From the human T2T-CHM13v2.0 reference genome, Homo sapiens, in NCBI RefSeq assembly GCF_009914755.1, contig NC_060934.1: DNA of 64,000 bases, one strand, 5' to 3'. Both the position numbers and the translations under genes were made by a program. Under the pieces are notes generated by a model. The model had not been told where the DNA came from, did no database searches, and saw only the letters and a program-made list of their open reading frames with translations. This document shows, one piece after another, positions 38,295-54,346 of the stretch (position 1 is its first letter; the number at the start of each line of letters is the position of its first letter).

Positions 38295-38352
38295 CCTCCT
38301 TAACAGAGGCTCCAGCTTGCCGATCCTGGGGGGCTTCCGTGAAGAGGTCACT
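38295..38352 (-). pseudogene. FAM21 pseudo-exon 13 (SDLFTEAPQDRQAGASVKE)
   Basis: 58 nt, AG/GT bounded. Confidence 0.88.
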
Positions 38353-38825
38353 CTGGTTGAAATAAGGTATATGACAAAGAATTCAAAAAACCAGGAGAAA
38401 GCATAGCTGCATGTGAGGATTCCTAAGGAAAAATAACCTACAAGATTTAAAGCTACATATTTACTACTCTGCCAGAAAATCAGTTGCAAAGTGATAACTA
38501 TGGCAAAATCAGACCCTAAAATAATTTAGGCCTGTCCAGGAATTAAAAACAAACGTGGAAGACAACAGATAAGGCAAGAAACAATCACCTAGTAAATTAT
38601 TCACATTAACACGTGCACATCTTCTCCTCACCTAACAAAGCACAGAAGGATACGGCATTTCTCACTCTGTGATTCTTAGTTCAAAATGTCCCAAAATATG
38701 AAAATAGAAGCAACTTCCAACTGAGAAACTGTTTTTTCCCCACTAAACAAGCAAAGCCTATTTCTTCCCTGTGGACCCCTGACACAGCTAGCTGCAGGGA
38801 GTGTTGCTGAGTGCCATGGACTCAC

Positions 38826-38944
38826 CTCCTCGTCCTCATCATCAAAGAGCCCCTTGCCCCCACTGAACAGGCCACCTCCAGAGCCAAATGGCGAGAAGTC
38901 CTCGTCGGTCAGCTTGGGGGGTGCGAATAAGTTATCCTCTTCAT
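38826..38944 (-). pseudogene. FAM21 pseudo-exon 12 ([39 protein letters not shown])
   Basis: 119 nt; lies within ORF 38676..38951. Confidence 0.92.
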
Positions 38945-39460
38945 CTAGCAAACAGAAAGCAATGTTTTGCAGGGAGTATTAAAGACGGGTCCGGAACTCA
39001 AATTCCTGGGTTGGCGTCTGCAATGTCTCCAAACTGGCATGAAGTTTATCTGACCCTCTTTATCGAAGTGTGAGGCAGTCTGACGAATTTCACACTAACC
39101 CCCTGGCACAGTCCACTGACACCCTCAAAAGACTCTCTGGGCCTCCACTCTCAAGTCTGTCCATGTCTGCGGCAGACAGCATTCATTCTCTAGGCCAGCA
39201 CCCTGGATCTAGATTTACTCTGAAGCAAGCATTCAGGTCAGATGCCACATTCAAGACCCATTCCCCAACCAATCTGGGGGAAGGAAGGGCAGAATAAACA
39301 AAGGGACCTGCAGACTGACACAGGGACAAGTGGAATGTAATGGACATGGCTGTTTAATAGGAAAAGGCCTGGTGTATCCTTTATTGAAAACAAATGCTAG
39401 AGATCCCTAAGTTTCTATATTTCTAAAGAATTCTAGAAAGACAAGAAATGATTGCTGTAA

Positions 39461-39778
<318 letters not shown>

Positions 39779-39982
39779 TGATCCGCCCACCTCGGCCTCC
39801 CAAAGCGCTGGGATTACAGGCGGGAGCCACCACGCCCAGCCCAGAGGCTTTAGAAAAGTAAATGGAGACAGACCCATTTGTCAGAAGGAAAACAGCATGT
39901 AAAGCAGTACTTCATGAATTATGTAAGCAACATTCCCGAGTCAAAGCCTCCTAAAATAACAGAATTGAGGGAAAAGGCCCAC

Positions 39983-40053
39983 CGTCCGAAGGAGTTCTCC
40001 TTTCCTTCTTCTCTTGAGTGTCTTCCGAAGTTTTGCTTCTCCTGAGGGTAAGG
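39983..40053 (-). pseudogene. FAM21 pseudo-exon 11 with 1-nt deletion (frameshift)
   Basis: 71 nt between phase-1 junctions (72 needed); reads CTC AA GAG instead of L-K-E. Confidence 0.85.
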
Positions 40054-40687
40054 CTTGAAGAACAGTTCACAGTTTTAATAGTACTAAGTCCTCCCTCAGT
40101 ATACGCATCCTGGTTCTTTCCACGTCTGTCATCCTCATAACTCACAGCTAAGAGCAAGACATCTGCCTTTCATCTCAGCTGCACTGAACCCCCTGCCCTG
40201 CCCACAGTGGGCACTCAAGAGTCTCTTTGTAAGGCAGAAGGCTTCTGCTTTCATCCCAGGCTCATGTGCATAACAGGATTGTATTTGTTGAAAGAATTAT
40301 TATGTTATCTTTCTACTCTCTTATAACTAGAATATGCTATATAGCACATTCTTACGTGTTCAAAATATAGGAGTAAATATTCAGCCAGGAATTCTTAAGC
40401 TGTTGCCCATGGTTCTCTGGAGTTTCCATTAGTCCCCTGAAATTATATGTAAAGGGTTATCTACATGTGTACATGTACGTTTTTCTTGTGGGTCCACAGT
40501 GTTCAGTTATCTAAAGGAGCTCATTAACCAAAAAAGGAATAAGCACTACAATTTAAATTATATGTAGCAATTACTAATAAATATATGTGGTAATTACTAA
40601 TAAAAAGAGAAATCCGCCTTTGGTGAAGCCAGCAGAGGGCCCTGCACTACCCCTCCCCTACTCCCCATCAACGCGGCTGGGGCTCAC

Positions 40688-40775
40688 TTGTCGGCTCCTC
40701 GTCCACTCGGCCCACGGCATCCCCCTTGATGCGGGCAGCCAGCTCATCTGCAAACGATGTAGGTCTGCTTCTTTT
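40688..40775 (-). pseudogene. FAM21 pseudo-exon 10 ([29 protein letters not shown])
   Basis: 88 nt, AG/GT bounded, open. Confidence 0.9.
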
Positions 40776-41315
40776 CTACAGCAGGAGAAATCAAAAGAAT
40801 CGCTTTTTTGTAACAAACTAGTACACTTCACTTTGGACACCTAACAACATTATGTATACAAGAGCAAAGAAATTGAACTGAGGAGAAAACTGAGTTTAAT
40901 TAAATGAACTTAAACATATGTACCCTATACAGCTCACCCAAGGAATGGGACTCAAAATGTTCCTTCAAAGGGAGATGCTCTTTATTTCCTTATTTTTTTA
41001 ATACTTGACTTTAATACTTAAAAATCTAAATAAGAAAATAAGAAAAAGGTCATGGGCAGGGAGACAGGAGCACTATGGTCTTCAAACTCTGGAACCAGAC
41101 ATATTCTGAATGATCTGACTCATAAAATCATAACATCTGGACAAGAAAGTGGTACTTGTGAGGCAATTTGAGATGCTTGCCATTATTTTCCAAAGTGTAG
41201 ATGAAATGACAAATATGCAAAAATGAGAGATGTACAAAGTAAGTCACAATAAAAAATAAAAAAAGTCATTGGTTCTAAAACCCTGCCAAGTGATAGCAAC
41301 TACAGCCTTCCTTAC

Positions 41316-41426
41316 AGGTCTAGTATTTTCTTCAATGTCCTCAATATCTTTCTCCTCCTTCTCAGAGTCAGCAAAAAGGTCACAGCCATCATCATCCTCT
41401 TCCTCATCACTCACTTGTGTGATGTG
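41316..41426 (-). pseudogene. FAM21 pseudo-exon 9 ([37 protein letters not shown])
   Basis: 111 nt, AG/GT bounded on the minus strand. Confidence 0.9.
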
Positions 41427-41738
41427 CTAAGAGTATAAAATACCAAATTAGAACTACTAGTTATTAAGCTAAAGAAGAGATACTGCCACTTAGCCTTTAG
41501 GCTCCTCCTTCAAAATCGTAACAGCTGTTTAAAATAATAATCATAATCACGATGCAGTAAGTTATAAAGCAAAAGATGTGCTGGAACAAATAATACACAA
41601 GATTTACTTCAAATCTAAATAAAAATGCAATCTTTAATAAGAATGTAACCACAAGAATATAAAAAGCAAAATATTAAAATATCAAAATTGTCTGTTACTA
41701 GAGAAATATTTTTATTTATTTACTTTTTTTATTTTTGA

Positions 41739-41948
<210 letters not shown>

Positions 41949-42514
41949 TGATCAAACTGCCTTGGCTTCCCAAAGTGCTGGGATTATAGGCATGAGCCAC
42001 CACACCTGGCCTATTACTAGAGAAATATAAACAAAATCAGTATAGTCTTACCTTAGTAAGAATACTGAGTAATAGTTAAAAGGTAAAAGCTGTAACAATT
42101 AGAGAGCCATCCAAGGTAGGTCAAGCAAAAAAGTGCCAATAACAAATCCAGCACGATACCGCGCCCCCTCTACATACAAGCATTTCTATGGAAACAGATA
42201 TATTTATAAAAGCAAAGAAAAAGACGTGGAAAGACATGCTCCCAGAGCATGATCCCAGTTACCTCTGAAGAGTATGCAGAGAAAGAAAGTACTGGAAGGC
42301 TCAAACTTAGCCTCATCTGTTAAGTTCTAATTTTTCCAAAGGTACACAGTAGTATGTATAACAAAAAAAAAATTTTGTTCAATGTTTGAATCAATGAACT
42401 GTGCCAGGCATGTTACTAAAAGCACTTTATTATCTAATTTAATCCTTACAACTTTGAGGTTAGCTGCAGCACACAAAACCAACCTGTTGCATAAGCTAGT
42501 GCTTTTACTCACTA

Positions 42515-42850
<336 letters not shown>

Positions 42851-43036
42851 CTACTCTATTCAGGAGAAATTCAGATTTTGGAGTCACAATGTTTCAGTGA
42901 TAAATTCCAGGGTGTGGGACGTAGATTAAGGGTGTTAAGTTCGTGGCCACTGAAGTTACCCATGATGGTGTTACATAAAATCCAAGTTTGGTAATTGGCT
43001 CGCCTCAATTTTACCAACCAAGTTCCAAGTTCTAAA

Positions 43037-43080
43037 GTGTGTATGTGTGTGCGTGCGTGCGCGCGCGCGTGTGTGTGTGT
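43037..43080. repeat. Alternating purine-pyrimidine (TG)n/(CG)n microsatellite
   Basis: gtgtgtatgtgtgtgcgtgcgtgcgcgcgcgcgtgtgtgtgtgt. Confidence 0.95.
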
Positions 43081-43732
43081 TTTAATGAATGTGGGGGAAG
43101 TGGAAGAGGTTGGTAGATGGTGACTTAAAAATGAAGTCCCCTTAAGACTCTAAGACTGTTTTTGCAGACAGCAGTCTTAGTCTTCTTCCAGGCTGGAGTG
43201 GAGTGGTGCAATCTCGGCTGACTGCAACCTTGGTCTCAGGGGCTCAAGCGATCATTCCACCTCATTCTCCTGAGTAGCTCGAACTACAGATCTATGCCGC
43301 CATGTCCAGCTAATTTTTTTTTTTTGTAGATATGGGGTTTCACCATGTTTCCCAGGCTGGTCTCGAACCGCCTTGGCCTCCCACAGTGCTGGGATTACAG
43401 GTGTGAGCCACCACGCCAGCCCAGCCTTAGTGTTAACACTGTTATAGGTTACTGTAACATATTGGCTCACAGTGTGTGTTCTCGGGTCTGCCTCTTTCCT
43501 GGTTACCTAATCATAAGTAAGTTACTTCTCCTTTCTGTACCTCAGTTTCCTCAACTATAATTTGGAAATAATATTTCCTCCCTCATAGTCATTGTGTGAA
43601 TTAAATGAACAATGTATAAAGTGGTAAATACTGAACACTTGATAAATGTTAGCTATTATTAAAGGAGAGACTGATATTTAAATGATTACAATACAATGTA
43701 ATACCTTAGGATAAATACATCAAAAACAACTT

Positions 43733-45229
<1,497 letters not shown>

Positions 45230-46161
45230 CATAGAAAATAACTTAAGTCACTTAAGCTGTACTTGGGGTAATCAGGTTATTTAATGAGGTGATAACTGAG
45301 GTGACTACAAAAGAAAAGTCTGGGATTGGGTGTGTGAGCAAGGTGCATGGGGACAGTGGTATGTTCTAGGTTGAAGGCTCACCCTAGGCCAAGCACCGTG
45401 GCACCTGTTTTACAATATCATAACTTTAATATCACATCCTTGCAAGATATGTAGCTTCGTTTTACTGAGGAAAGCTCAGAAAAGTTAAATAACTCGCCCT
45501 TGGGCACACATGACTGGAAAGAAATTGGGATTTTTATTTTAGTAAGTAAGTTGGTCAGGCACAAGGGCGACTCAGCAGAGGGAACTTCAAGGAAGTGTGA
45601 GACAACAGCTGGAGCCCTGAGCTGGGAGAGTGGAGGACGAATTATAAAGAGTTTTATGCCTGCCATAATGAGAAGCTTGTCCTTGAACTTGAGGGGAATG
45701 CTGAGAGTGCAAAGGACTTTAAGCAGGCCCTACACAGTGGCAGCCAAGCAGGTCATAAAGAGCAAGATGATGCCCAGGCAGATCAGGGATTCTCTTATCT
45801 ACAGAGCGTCCGCCTACCAGCTCCTTCACAGCAGCGGATTTTGCTGCAAGAGAAGAGGCAGCAGGCCAGGCCTTTTCCTTCGCCCACAGCGCCTACGTCG
45901 AAGGCTCCCAGGCTGGTTGCTCCACTGGCTGCTTGAGGTCCCCTCTCTCCAGACCCGCCGAACTGGCGGCGGGTGCTTTGGCCGATCCCGCGCCGCTGCC
46001 TCGGGCCTTGGGCGGCAGCGCCCCCCGGCCAACCCGCCTCTGCAGCGTTCCTGGCGTCAGCCCCTATCCTCCAGCTTCCTCCGCCCCAACCTAGGGTAGA
46101 ACCCCAAACTCCAGTCCCAGTCCACTTCCGCAGCTTCCTCCCCTCAGCATCGCAGGTCGGA

Positions 46162-46211
46162 TCACGTGCGGGTTCTGTCACGTGACATCAGGTCACGTGA
46201 GGCCGGTCACG
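46162..46211. promoter_or_regulatory. Tandem CACGTG E-boxes including a perfect CLEAR palindrome GTCACGTGAC (46177-46186)
   Basis: TCACGTGC (46162-46169), GTCACGTGAC (46177-46186), GTCACGTGAG (46192-46201), half-site GTCACG (46206-46211). Confidence 0.8.
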
Positions 46212-46304
46212 CCCCGGGCAGCTTGGCTGGGGCTAGGCTTCCGGGGCTCTGCGGTCCTCGGCGTGTGCTGGCAGCCTCGGAGCCCACCGAGCCGGGCGGC
46301 TGGG

Positions 46305-46307
46305 ATG
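46305..46307 (+). CDS. WASHC2C: WASHC2C exon 1 coding part (start ATG only, then |gtgagg donor)
   Basis: gggATG|gtgagg; 96-nt intron to exon 2 gives the recalled M-M-N-R-T start. Confidence 0.85.
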
Positions 46308-46403
46308 GTGAGGGCGGCGGGCCGGAGAGGGGCCGGCCTGGGCTGGGGCCGCCGTCCCTGCCGCCCTCAGGCTCAGCCTCTCTTCTCGTTTTTTTCGCTG
46401 CAG

Positions 46404-46526
46404 ATGAACCGGACGACCCCCGACCAGGAGCTGGTGCCGGCGTCGGAGCCCGTGTGGGAGCGGCCGTGGTCGGTGGAGGAGATCCGCAGGAGCAGCCAGA
46501 GCTGGTCGCTGGCGGCCGACGCGGGC
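46404..46526 (+). CDS. WASHC2C: WASH complex subunit 2 (FAM21) exon 2
   Basis: [41 protein letters not shown]; cag| and |gtgaga; 'ELVP' recalled as the FAM21C (not FAM21A) residue. Confidence 0.92.
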
Positions 46527-47848
46527 GTGAGAGGCGGGCCCCGGGGACGCGAGAGCGGCAGGGGTGACGCTTGGCTTGCGCGCAGGAGGGCCGGACCGCG
46601 ACTGCCCCTGCACCTGGCCCGTCCCGTTGCCTGCCCTCTTAGGAACACACGCCCCGTTTAGCCCCCGAGAATGCCACCCTGGCAGTCCCCGGCCACCAGG
46701 GAGAGGGGCAGACCCTGACCGTGGCCCAGACGCGACGTTCCTTTCATGGGGTTTCTGGCTGAGCTCCATCCGGAGGGGAGATCCGTTTCCGCCACACTGA
46801 GGGATTGCTCGGGCACTAGGGAGGCGATTCCTGTTGGGACCTGGACTAAATGGGGTGGGAAACAAGCCAGTATGTGGATATCCTTTAATGGGATTCTTCA
46901 AATCGGGGGCCCAAAAAGCTCAGAACTGTTCGAGTCCCAAATGAATAGGATTTTTGAATAAGAGTGGTGGTTGATTAGCTAACCCTTGGTCTGTGATCTC
47001 TGTAGATTGACAACCAAAGAGGACTTTTAAAAGGAGACAGGGTTTTGCCCTGTCGCCCAGGCTGGAGTGCAAGTGGCTCGATCTTGGCTCACTGAATCCT
47101 CTGGGGTTCAGGTGATCCTCTCACCTCAGCGTCCTGAGTAGCTGGGACTATAGGCGTCCACCACACCTGTCTGATTTGTTTATTTATTTAATTTTAGTAG
47201 AGATGGGGGTCTTGCTATGTTGCCCAGACTGGTCTGCAACTCCTGGACTCTAGCGATAACCCTGCCTCAGCCTCCCAAAGTGTTGGATTACAAGCGTGAG
47301 CCACCATACCCAGTGCCAAAAAGGGATTTTAAATTTTTCCAGAAACGAGATAGGTGTCCATTAGCTCACTGCCACTCTTTTGATGAGCTTTCTTAGTGTT
47401 TTCCAATGTCACTTGGTTTTAGTACTTGTCAAACCAGCATTCCGGCCGGGCACAGTGGCTCACACCTGTAATCCTAGCACTTTGGGAGGCCGAGGTGGGC
47501 GAATCACGAGGTCAGGAGTTCGAGACCAGCCTGGCCAACATGGTGAAACCCCGTCTCTACTAAAAATACACAAAATTAGTTGGGCGTTGTGGCGGGCACC
47601 TGTAATTCCAGCTACTCGGGAGGCTGAGGCAGGAGAATCGCTTGAACGCGGGAGGTGCAGTGAGCCGAGATGGCGCCACTGTACTCCAGCCCAGGCAACA
47701 GAGTGAAACTCTCTCTCAAAAAAAAAAAAAAGCATTTCTTTCACATTCTAACACTCAAAGGTGAAAGGAAATGGGTTCTTTTTTGATGTGACATGCAGAA
47801 TAGTTACATGTAACATTGATACTACTGTATGTTTATTTTTTAAAATAG

Positions 47849-48013
47849 CTACTACAGTTTCTACAGGAATTCTCACAGCAAACTATCTCTAGGACCCATG
47901 AAATCAAGAAACAAGTGGACGGACTAATCCGGGAAACCAAAGCCACAGATTGTCGCCTGCATAATGTCTTCAATGACTTCCTTATGCTCTCTAATACCCA
48001 GTTCATAGAGAAT
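47849..48013 (+). CDS. WASHC2C: WASHC2C exon 3
   Basis: [55 protein letters not shown], 165 nt, AG/GT. Confidence 0.93.
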
Positions 48014-49024
48014 GTGAGTTATTTAGTTATATTATAATTCCTTTTTTGGGAGTAGGAGATATTGTAATTTTAAATAACTTACTGTTAGGTTCCCTCCTAA
48101 ATTTTGGTGGAAGTGTGGTTCTTGGTAATTGTAGCTTTTTTCTCTGGGATTAACGCCTCTTTTTTATTTGTAAAGTTTTAAGTCCTTTTTTCCAAGCCTC
48201 TAAAAAAGTCTAATGATAAAATTTTCTTATACTTCAGTGCTTCCATCTTTTGTCGTTTTGAGAGTAGTCAGCAATTGTGCTGAATTGTGTGGCACTCACA
48301 CTGCCTTTGTTGTGGCGTGATCTGTAAGGACAGCTGTTTACCTGGTTAGACCCTCTGGACACCAGCATATGGTTTCAGTTGTTGATTGGGGTCATTCTGT
48401 TCTGATAAATTATATTCAGGGGATATATATGTCTGCTTGCAATATTCTCAACTAAAGTTTATGATGGCCGAACTTACAATATGGAATCAACTGTAAACAG
48501 ATTACTGAGCTTAAATCTATGTGTGATTTCTGTCTATTTACTGTTTCTTCTAGGTGGTAGGAATACATAGGTAAATTAGATAGAGCCTCTCCCTTGGCAA
48601 ATAGTATAATTCCAGCATACAAAGGAAGTAAGTATGGCTGGAGCAGAGTGGAGACTTAAGAGATGAGGATGGAGAGGAAGCTTAGGTAACAGACCTGTGT
48701 TTCTCATAGGGTGTCCCAACTTTCTGAATATCAGCATTCATTTGTGGAAAAAGGATTATTAAAGTAAGCGATCTCCTGAGATTGTTAGATATAAAGTAAT
48801 AAAATTTTCAGAATCACAAAATTATTAAAAAAGCCCAAGATTTAGAATAGTTAAGAGAATGCCATGTAGTCAACTTGTGCAGCATGTTTGTGCATTTTTT
48901 AATAGCTCAAGTTAAATGCCACTTCCTGTCTTTTTTTGGAGAGCTATATATAAAATAAAGACATTAATAAAGGTGTTAGAGATCTCTTTGCCAGTTATTT
49001 CCTTTAACAGCAAAGGAGTACTTA

Positions 49025-49332
<308 letters not shown>

Positions 49333-49369
49333 TCAAAAAAAAAAAAAAGTATTCAAGTAAAATCAGTAG

Positions 49370-49811
<442 letters not shown>

Positions 49812-50757
49812 TAGCCAGGATGATCTCGATCTCCTGACCTCGTGATCCGCCCACCTCGACCTCCCAAAGTGCTGGGATTACAGGCCTGAGCCACGGCGCC
49901 CGGCAAGGGAAGTTTACTTTGTACCCAGTGTGCCTGTACCAGATTGGTACTAGATTGGTACCAGATCAATACTTCAGTGGGAAGAAATGGGGAACATCAT
50001 ACAATTTTTCTCAATCACAGTCTTAGGTCTTATCTTTTCTCCAGCTCTTTTCTAGCCAAGTTTTCGTAGATTCTGAGTTTTCCATGTTGTAGTTTTTGTG
50101 GAGTTTTTTTGGTTTTGTTTTATTGTGTTTTGGTAATTGTTCTTTATTTCTGTCCAATACTGGGGATTTCCTGTTTTCCATCCATCTCTCCATCCCTTTA
50201 GCCTTAGCTTTTTTTTTTTTCTTCCGAGACAGAGTCTTGCTCTGTCATCCAGGCTGGAGTGCAGTGACACCATCTCGGCTCACTGCAACATCCGCCTCCC
50301 GTGTTCAAGCAATTCTCCTGCCCACACCTCCCATGTAGTTGGGATTACAGGCTCCCGCCACCAGGCCTGGCTAATTTTTTTTCTATTTTTAGTAGAGATG
50401 GGGTTTCACCATGTTGGTGAGTCTGCTTTTGAACTTCTGACCTCAAGCGATCTGCCCATTGCAACCTCCGCCTCCCGGGTTCAAGCAGTTATCCTACTTC
50501 AGCCTCCCAAAGTGCTAGGATTACAGGCGCGAGCCACTGCGCTCGGCCCTTAGTGTTAAGTCTTGATGCCCCTTCGCCTTCCAGTCTGCAGCCAGAACTC
50601 TTCTCCGGATGTGCTGGTTGCCGCTGCCAAATCTTAATTACTTCCCAGACCTTCCATAAGGCCACATGCTATAGGTTTTTTTCATTTGTGGCAAAGCATG
50701 ATAATACTGAGAAAACAGCTAATGCATAATAAAACTCTGAAAAAATATACTTGCTGA

Positions 50758-50990
<233 letters not shown>

Positions 50991-51612
50991 TAGCCAGGAT
51001 GGTCTCGATCTCCTGACCTCATGATCCACCCGCCTTGGCCTCCCAAAGTGCTGGGATTACAGGTGTGAGCCACCATACCCGGCAATCTGGCTTTTTAATG
51101 TTTTATTTTCAATCCCTGACATCAGTACTTAGGTGTTACAATTCCAGCTTGAATTATGGTGCCATTTGGTTTCATGGTAATTTATCAGAAACATTCAAAG
51201 TCAGATAGGTTTCTGGGTTTTATTAATTAGCCTCAGGGGCAGCCACAAAGTTGCAAACTATATTATAAAGTTAGTGAAACAATCCGTACTTTCTAGGGCG
51301 AGAACAGTCAGGACTTTTTAGGGCAAGAGAAATTAGTACCATTAGTAAAGGCTCAAGAGGGGACTTGGAGGGAGAAGAAATACTAATTAACATTGGCCAG
51401 TGTTCTAGTGTCTAATTAGAAGGCAACACAATTCTAAAGGCTTAATTATCTGTTAATTTAGGAATTGGATCCTGAAATAGCAAGTGCCATAGTTAATGAC
51501 TTTAGTTTGTTAAATGAACTGGTGAGGGAGGATTTTTTCTTTTTAAAGTCAATTGTTTCAAAATCTTAGCTTTGTAAAATTAAAAAAAAAATTCCAGAAT
51601 GAAACAAATTAA

Positions 51613-51740
51613 CCTGTTTATGCCCAAGGTTAGAATTTTTTTTGTGAAAAGCCAGACCTTGGCAATGACCTTGAGCAGTAGGATATACATAATTCTGACA
51701 AGCTTAGTGTTCCAATAATGGGACACTAGGCATAAATGGG
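51613..51740. mobile_element. MER85 (non-autonomous piggyBac/PGBD3 MITE)
   Basis: TTAA|cctgtttatgcc...ggcataaatggg|TTAA; internal cagaccttggcaatgaccttgagcagtaggatat and palindrome gttccaataatgggac. Confidence 0.88.
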
Positions 51741-52993
51741 TTAATTTTCCAGATCATCTTCCTGTTGATTTATAAAAGCTGAATTTTGGTCATTTTTCCC
51801 TCCTTTTCTACTTTTCTATTGAAGAAACAGATGGAGTTGCTGAAACTGTCAAGTACTCAGCAATTAGAGAGAAGGAGGTAAAGCCCAAAAGCCTTATTAA
51901 CATATAATTTCCTGCACAGGTTTTTCCCTCTCCCCCTAGACCTGCTTTATTTTACATAATGCCCCTTGCTTTTGACACTCCAGCCTTCTCATTCCTTGGA
52001 GATGCCATATGCCCTGCTGCTACGGGGCCTTTGCTTACATTGCTTCCTATGCCTCTACCCTTTGATTGACATCTGTCTGTCTTCTAGGTCTCTGCTCAAT
52101 TATATTACTTCCTCCTGGACCCTCTGCACTAGGCACACCCCCTGGATAAAAGCAGCTGAAGCATCACATTCTTTAGTAGACTTCTTACAATTGTAATTTT
52201 ACAATTATTGATGGGATTTGATGAGTTGGACCCTCCCACTAAATCAAGCCCCATATTTTTAACAACAAATATATTTGAGGGGTCCAGCACAAGCCTGATA
52301 TTTAGGGATCCAGTGAATATTTGAATGAATGAGAGTACGCATAAATGAAAGGGGACCAGGGCTGTGTATAGTCTGTTACTCTCCAGCCCTGGTCCCTTTT
52401 TCCCCAGTTCCCCTCTTTCCCCTTTTACCCTGTCTCCCCAGATGAGGAGCAATACCAAAGATATTTAACAGTCCTGGGTATAGCTATCTGACTGTAAATT
52501 GATCACAAAACACATGAAGCTGTGAGTTTAGCAGGTGAGGATGAAAGAAGTTAGCATTGGTTATCTGCTGGATATGAAGTACTTGAGGATGCATAGTCCT
52601 GCTCACCCTGAAAAGATCCCATGGGCTTTAGGTCCCATGGGTTTAGGTTTCTTAGATGTCATGTTTGGCTTTCTAGCTGCAGGCTGCTGATGGGTAACCA
52701 TGGTAGCTGCCAGGTCTTAAAGTCTCACTTTTGAGATTTACTTAACTTTTTGGAGTCCTGACTTTGAAAATTACCAAAGTAATCCCTGATCTTTATAGAG
52801 CAATTAGGAAAAGTAAGAAAAAGAAAAATCATGTGAAATTTCCTCAGCTTGAGGGGAGCCTCTCAACGTTTAGCACATATATTCTAAGTCCATTTCCCAT
52901 GCAGACATCAGGCTTAAAAGAATTGAACCTACAGTAGGCCGGGTGCGGTGGCTCACGCCTGTAGCACTTTGGGAGGCCGAGGTGGGCGGATCA

Positions 52994-53261
<268 letters not shown>

Positions 53262-53346
53262 TCAGCTACCCCAAATTAACCAACCATTGAACTTTTCAGT
53301 GTATTTTTTTCTGTTCTTGTTTTTTAACTTTAACCTTTTCTAGATG

Positions 53347-53348
<2 letters not shown>

Positions 53349-53378
<30 letters not shown>
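53349..53378. repeat. (TG)15 microsatellite
   Basis: Direct read. Confidence 0.95.
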
Positions 53379-53381
<3 letters not shown>

Positions 53382-54241
53382 TTTCATTTGCAGCCTACTT
53401 TTTTTCTTAATGTGAACTTATTTAACCCATCTTTGAGACTTTTGTGAATTTAATTTTTTTATTCTTAAACCGTATCATAATTTATTTAATAATCTTCTAA
53501 TATTAAATGTTATTTATGAAATGTTTCATAAATTTCATAAATGTTTCATAAATAAATAGAAAAGTTCAGAGAGAAACCACAAGTGCTAAGAAAATGTAGC
53601 ACCTAGCATCAGTGGTTTTGTATCTTGCCACATTTGCTTCAAAGGTGCCTACCCACCATATTCGTCCTTAACTCTAATCATTTTGGGTGGGGATTCCTTG
53701 GTATCTCTGCCTTTTTATTCTTTTTTTGTTTTTGAGACAGGATCTCCCTCTGTTGCCCAGGCTGGAGTTCAGTGGTGCAGACAGCTCACTGCAGCCTCAA
53801 ACTCCTGGGCTCAAGCCATCCTCCCATCTCAGCCTCCTGAATAGCTGGCTAGGACCACAGGTGTTCGCCACCATGCCTGGCCAACTTTTTATTCTTTTTA
53901 CCTAGAGAGGGATTTCATTTTTATCCCTTATAGATAACCTTTATTGTGTAGTTGTTCTTTTCTTCATTGACTATTATGTATGAATGTTTGTGTGTGTTTA
54001 TGTGAAAATAAAATCAGGCCTCCATGGAATTGTGGGTCTGTTTCTGCCCTCTGCTGTTTGTTTTGTTTCTCTGCTGTTTGACAGTATCATAATCTTAAAT
54101 ACTGCAGATTTCTAATGTCTTATTAGGGCAAGTCCCCATAATCTGTTTTTATTCAGAATTGTCATGGTTATCAATCTTTGGCTTTTTACTTTTCTGTGTG
54201 AATTTGAGGATTATCTTTTACTTATTTATTTATTTTTTTGA

Positions 54242-54346
<105 letters not shown>

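Larger units (their letters stand above)
45800..46800. promoter_or_regulatory. CpG island / bidirectional promoter of WASHC2C and the divergent FAM21FP transcript
   Basis: Abrupt rise in GC and CpG density; GC box at 46081, ETS/GABP-type CACTTCCG at 46123-46130, E-box cluster at 46163-46211. Confidence 0.85.

Noticed and set aside
45500-46901. Several 130-220-aa ORFs on both strands
   Set aside because: Stop-poor CpG island with Arg/Pro/Gly-rich translations; only the spliced WASHC2C exons are supported
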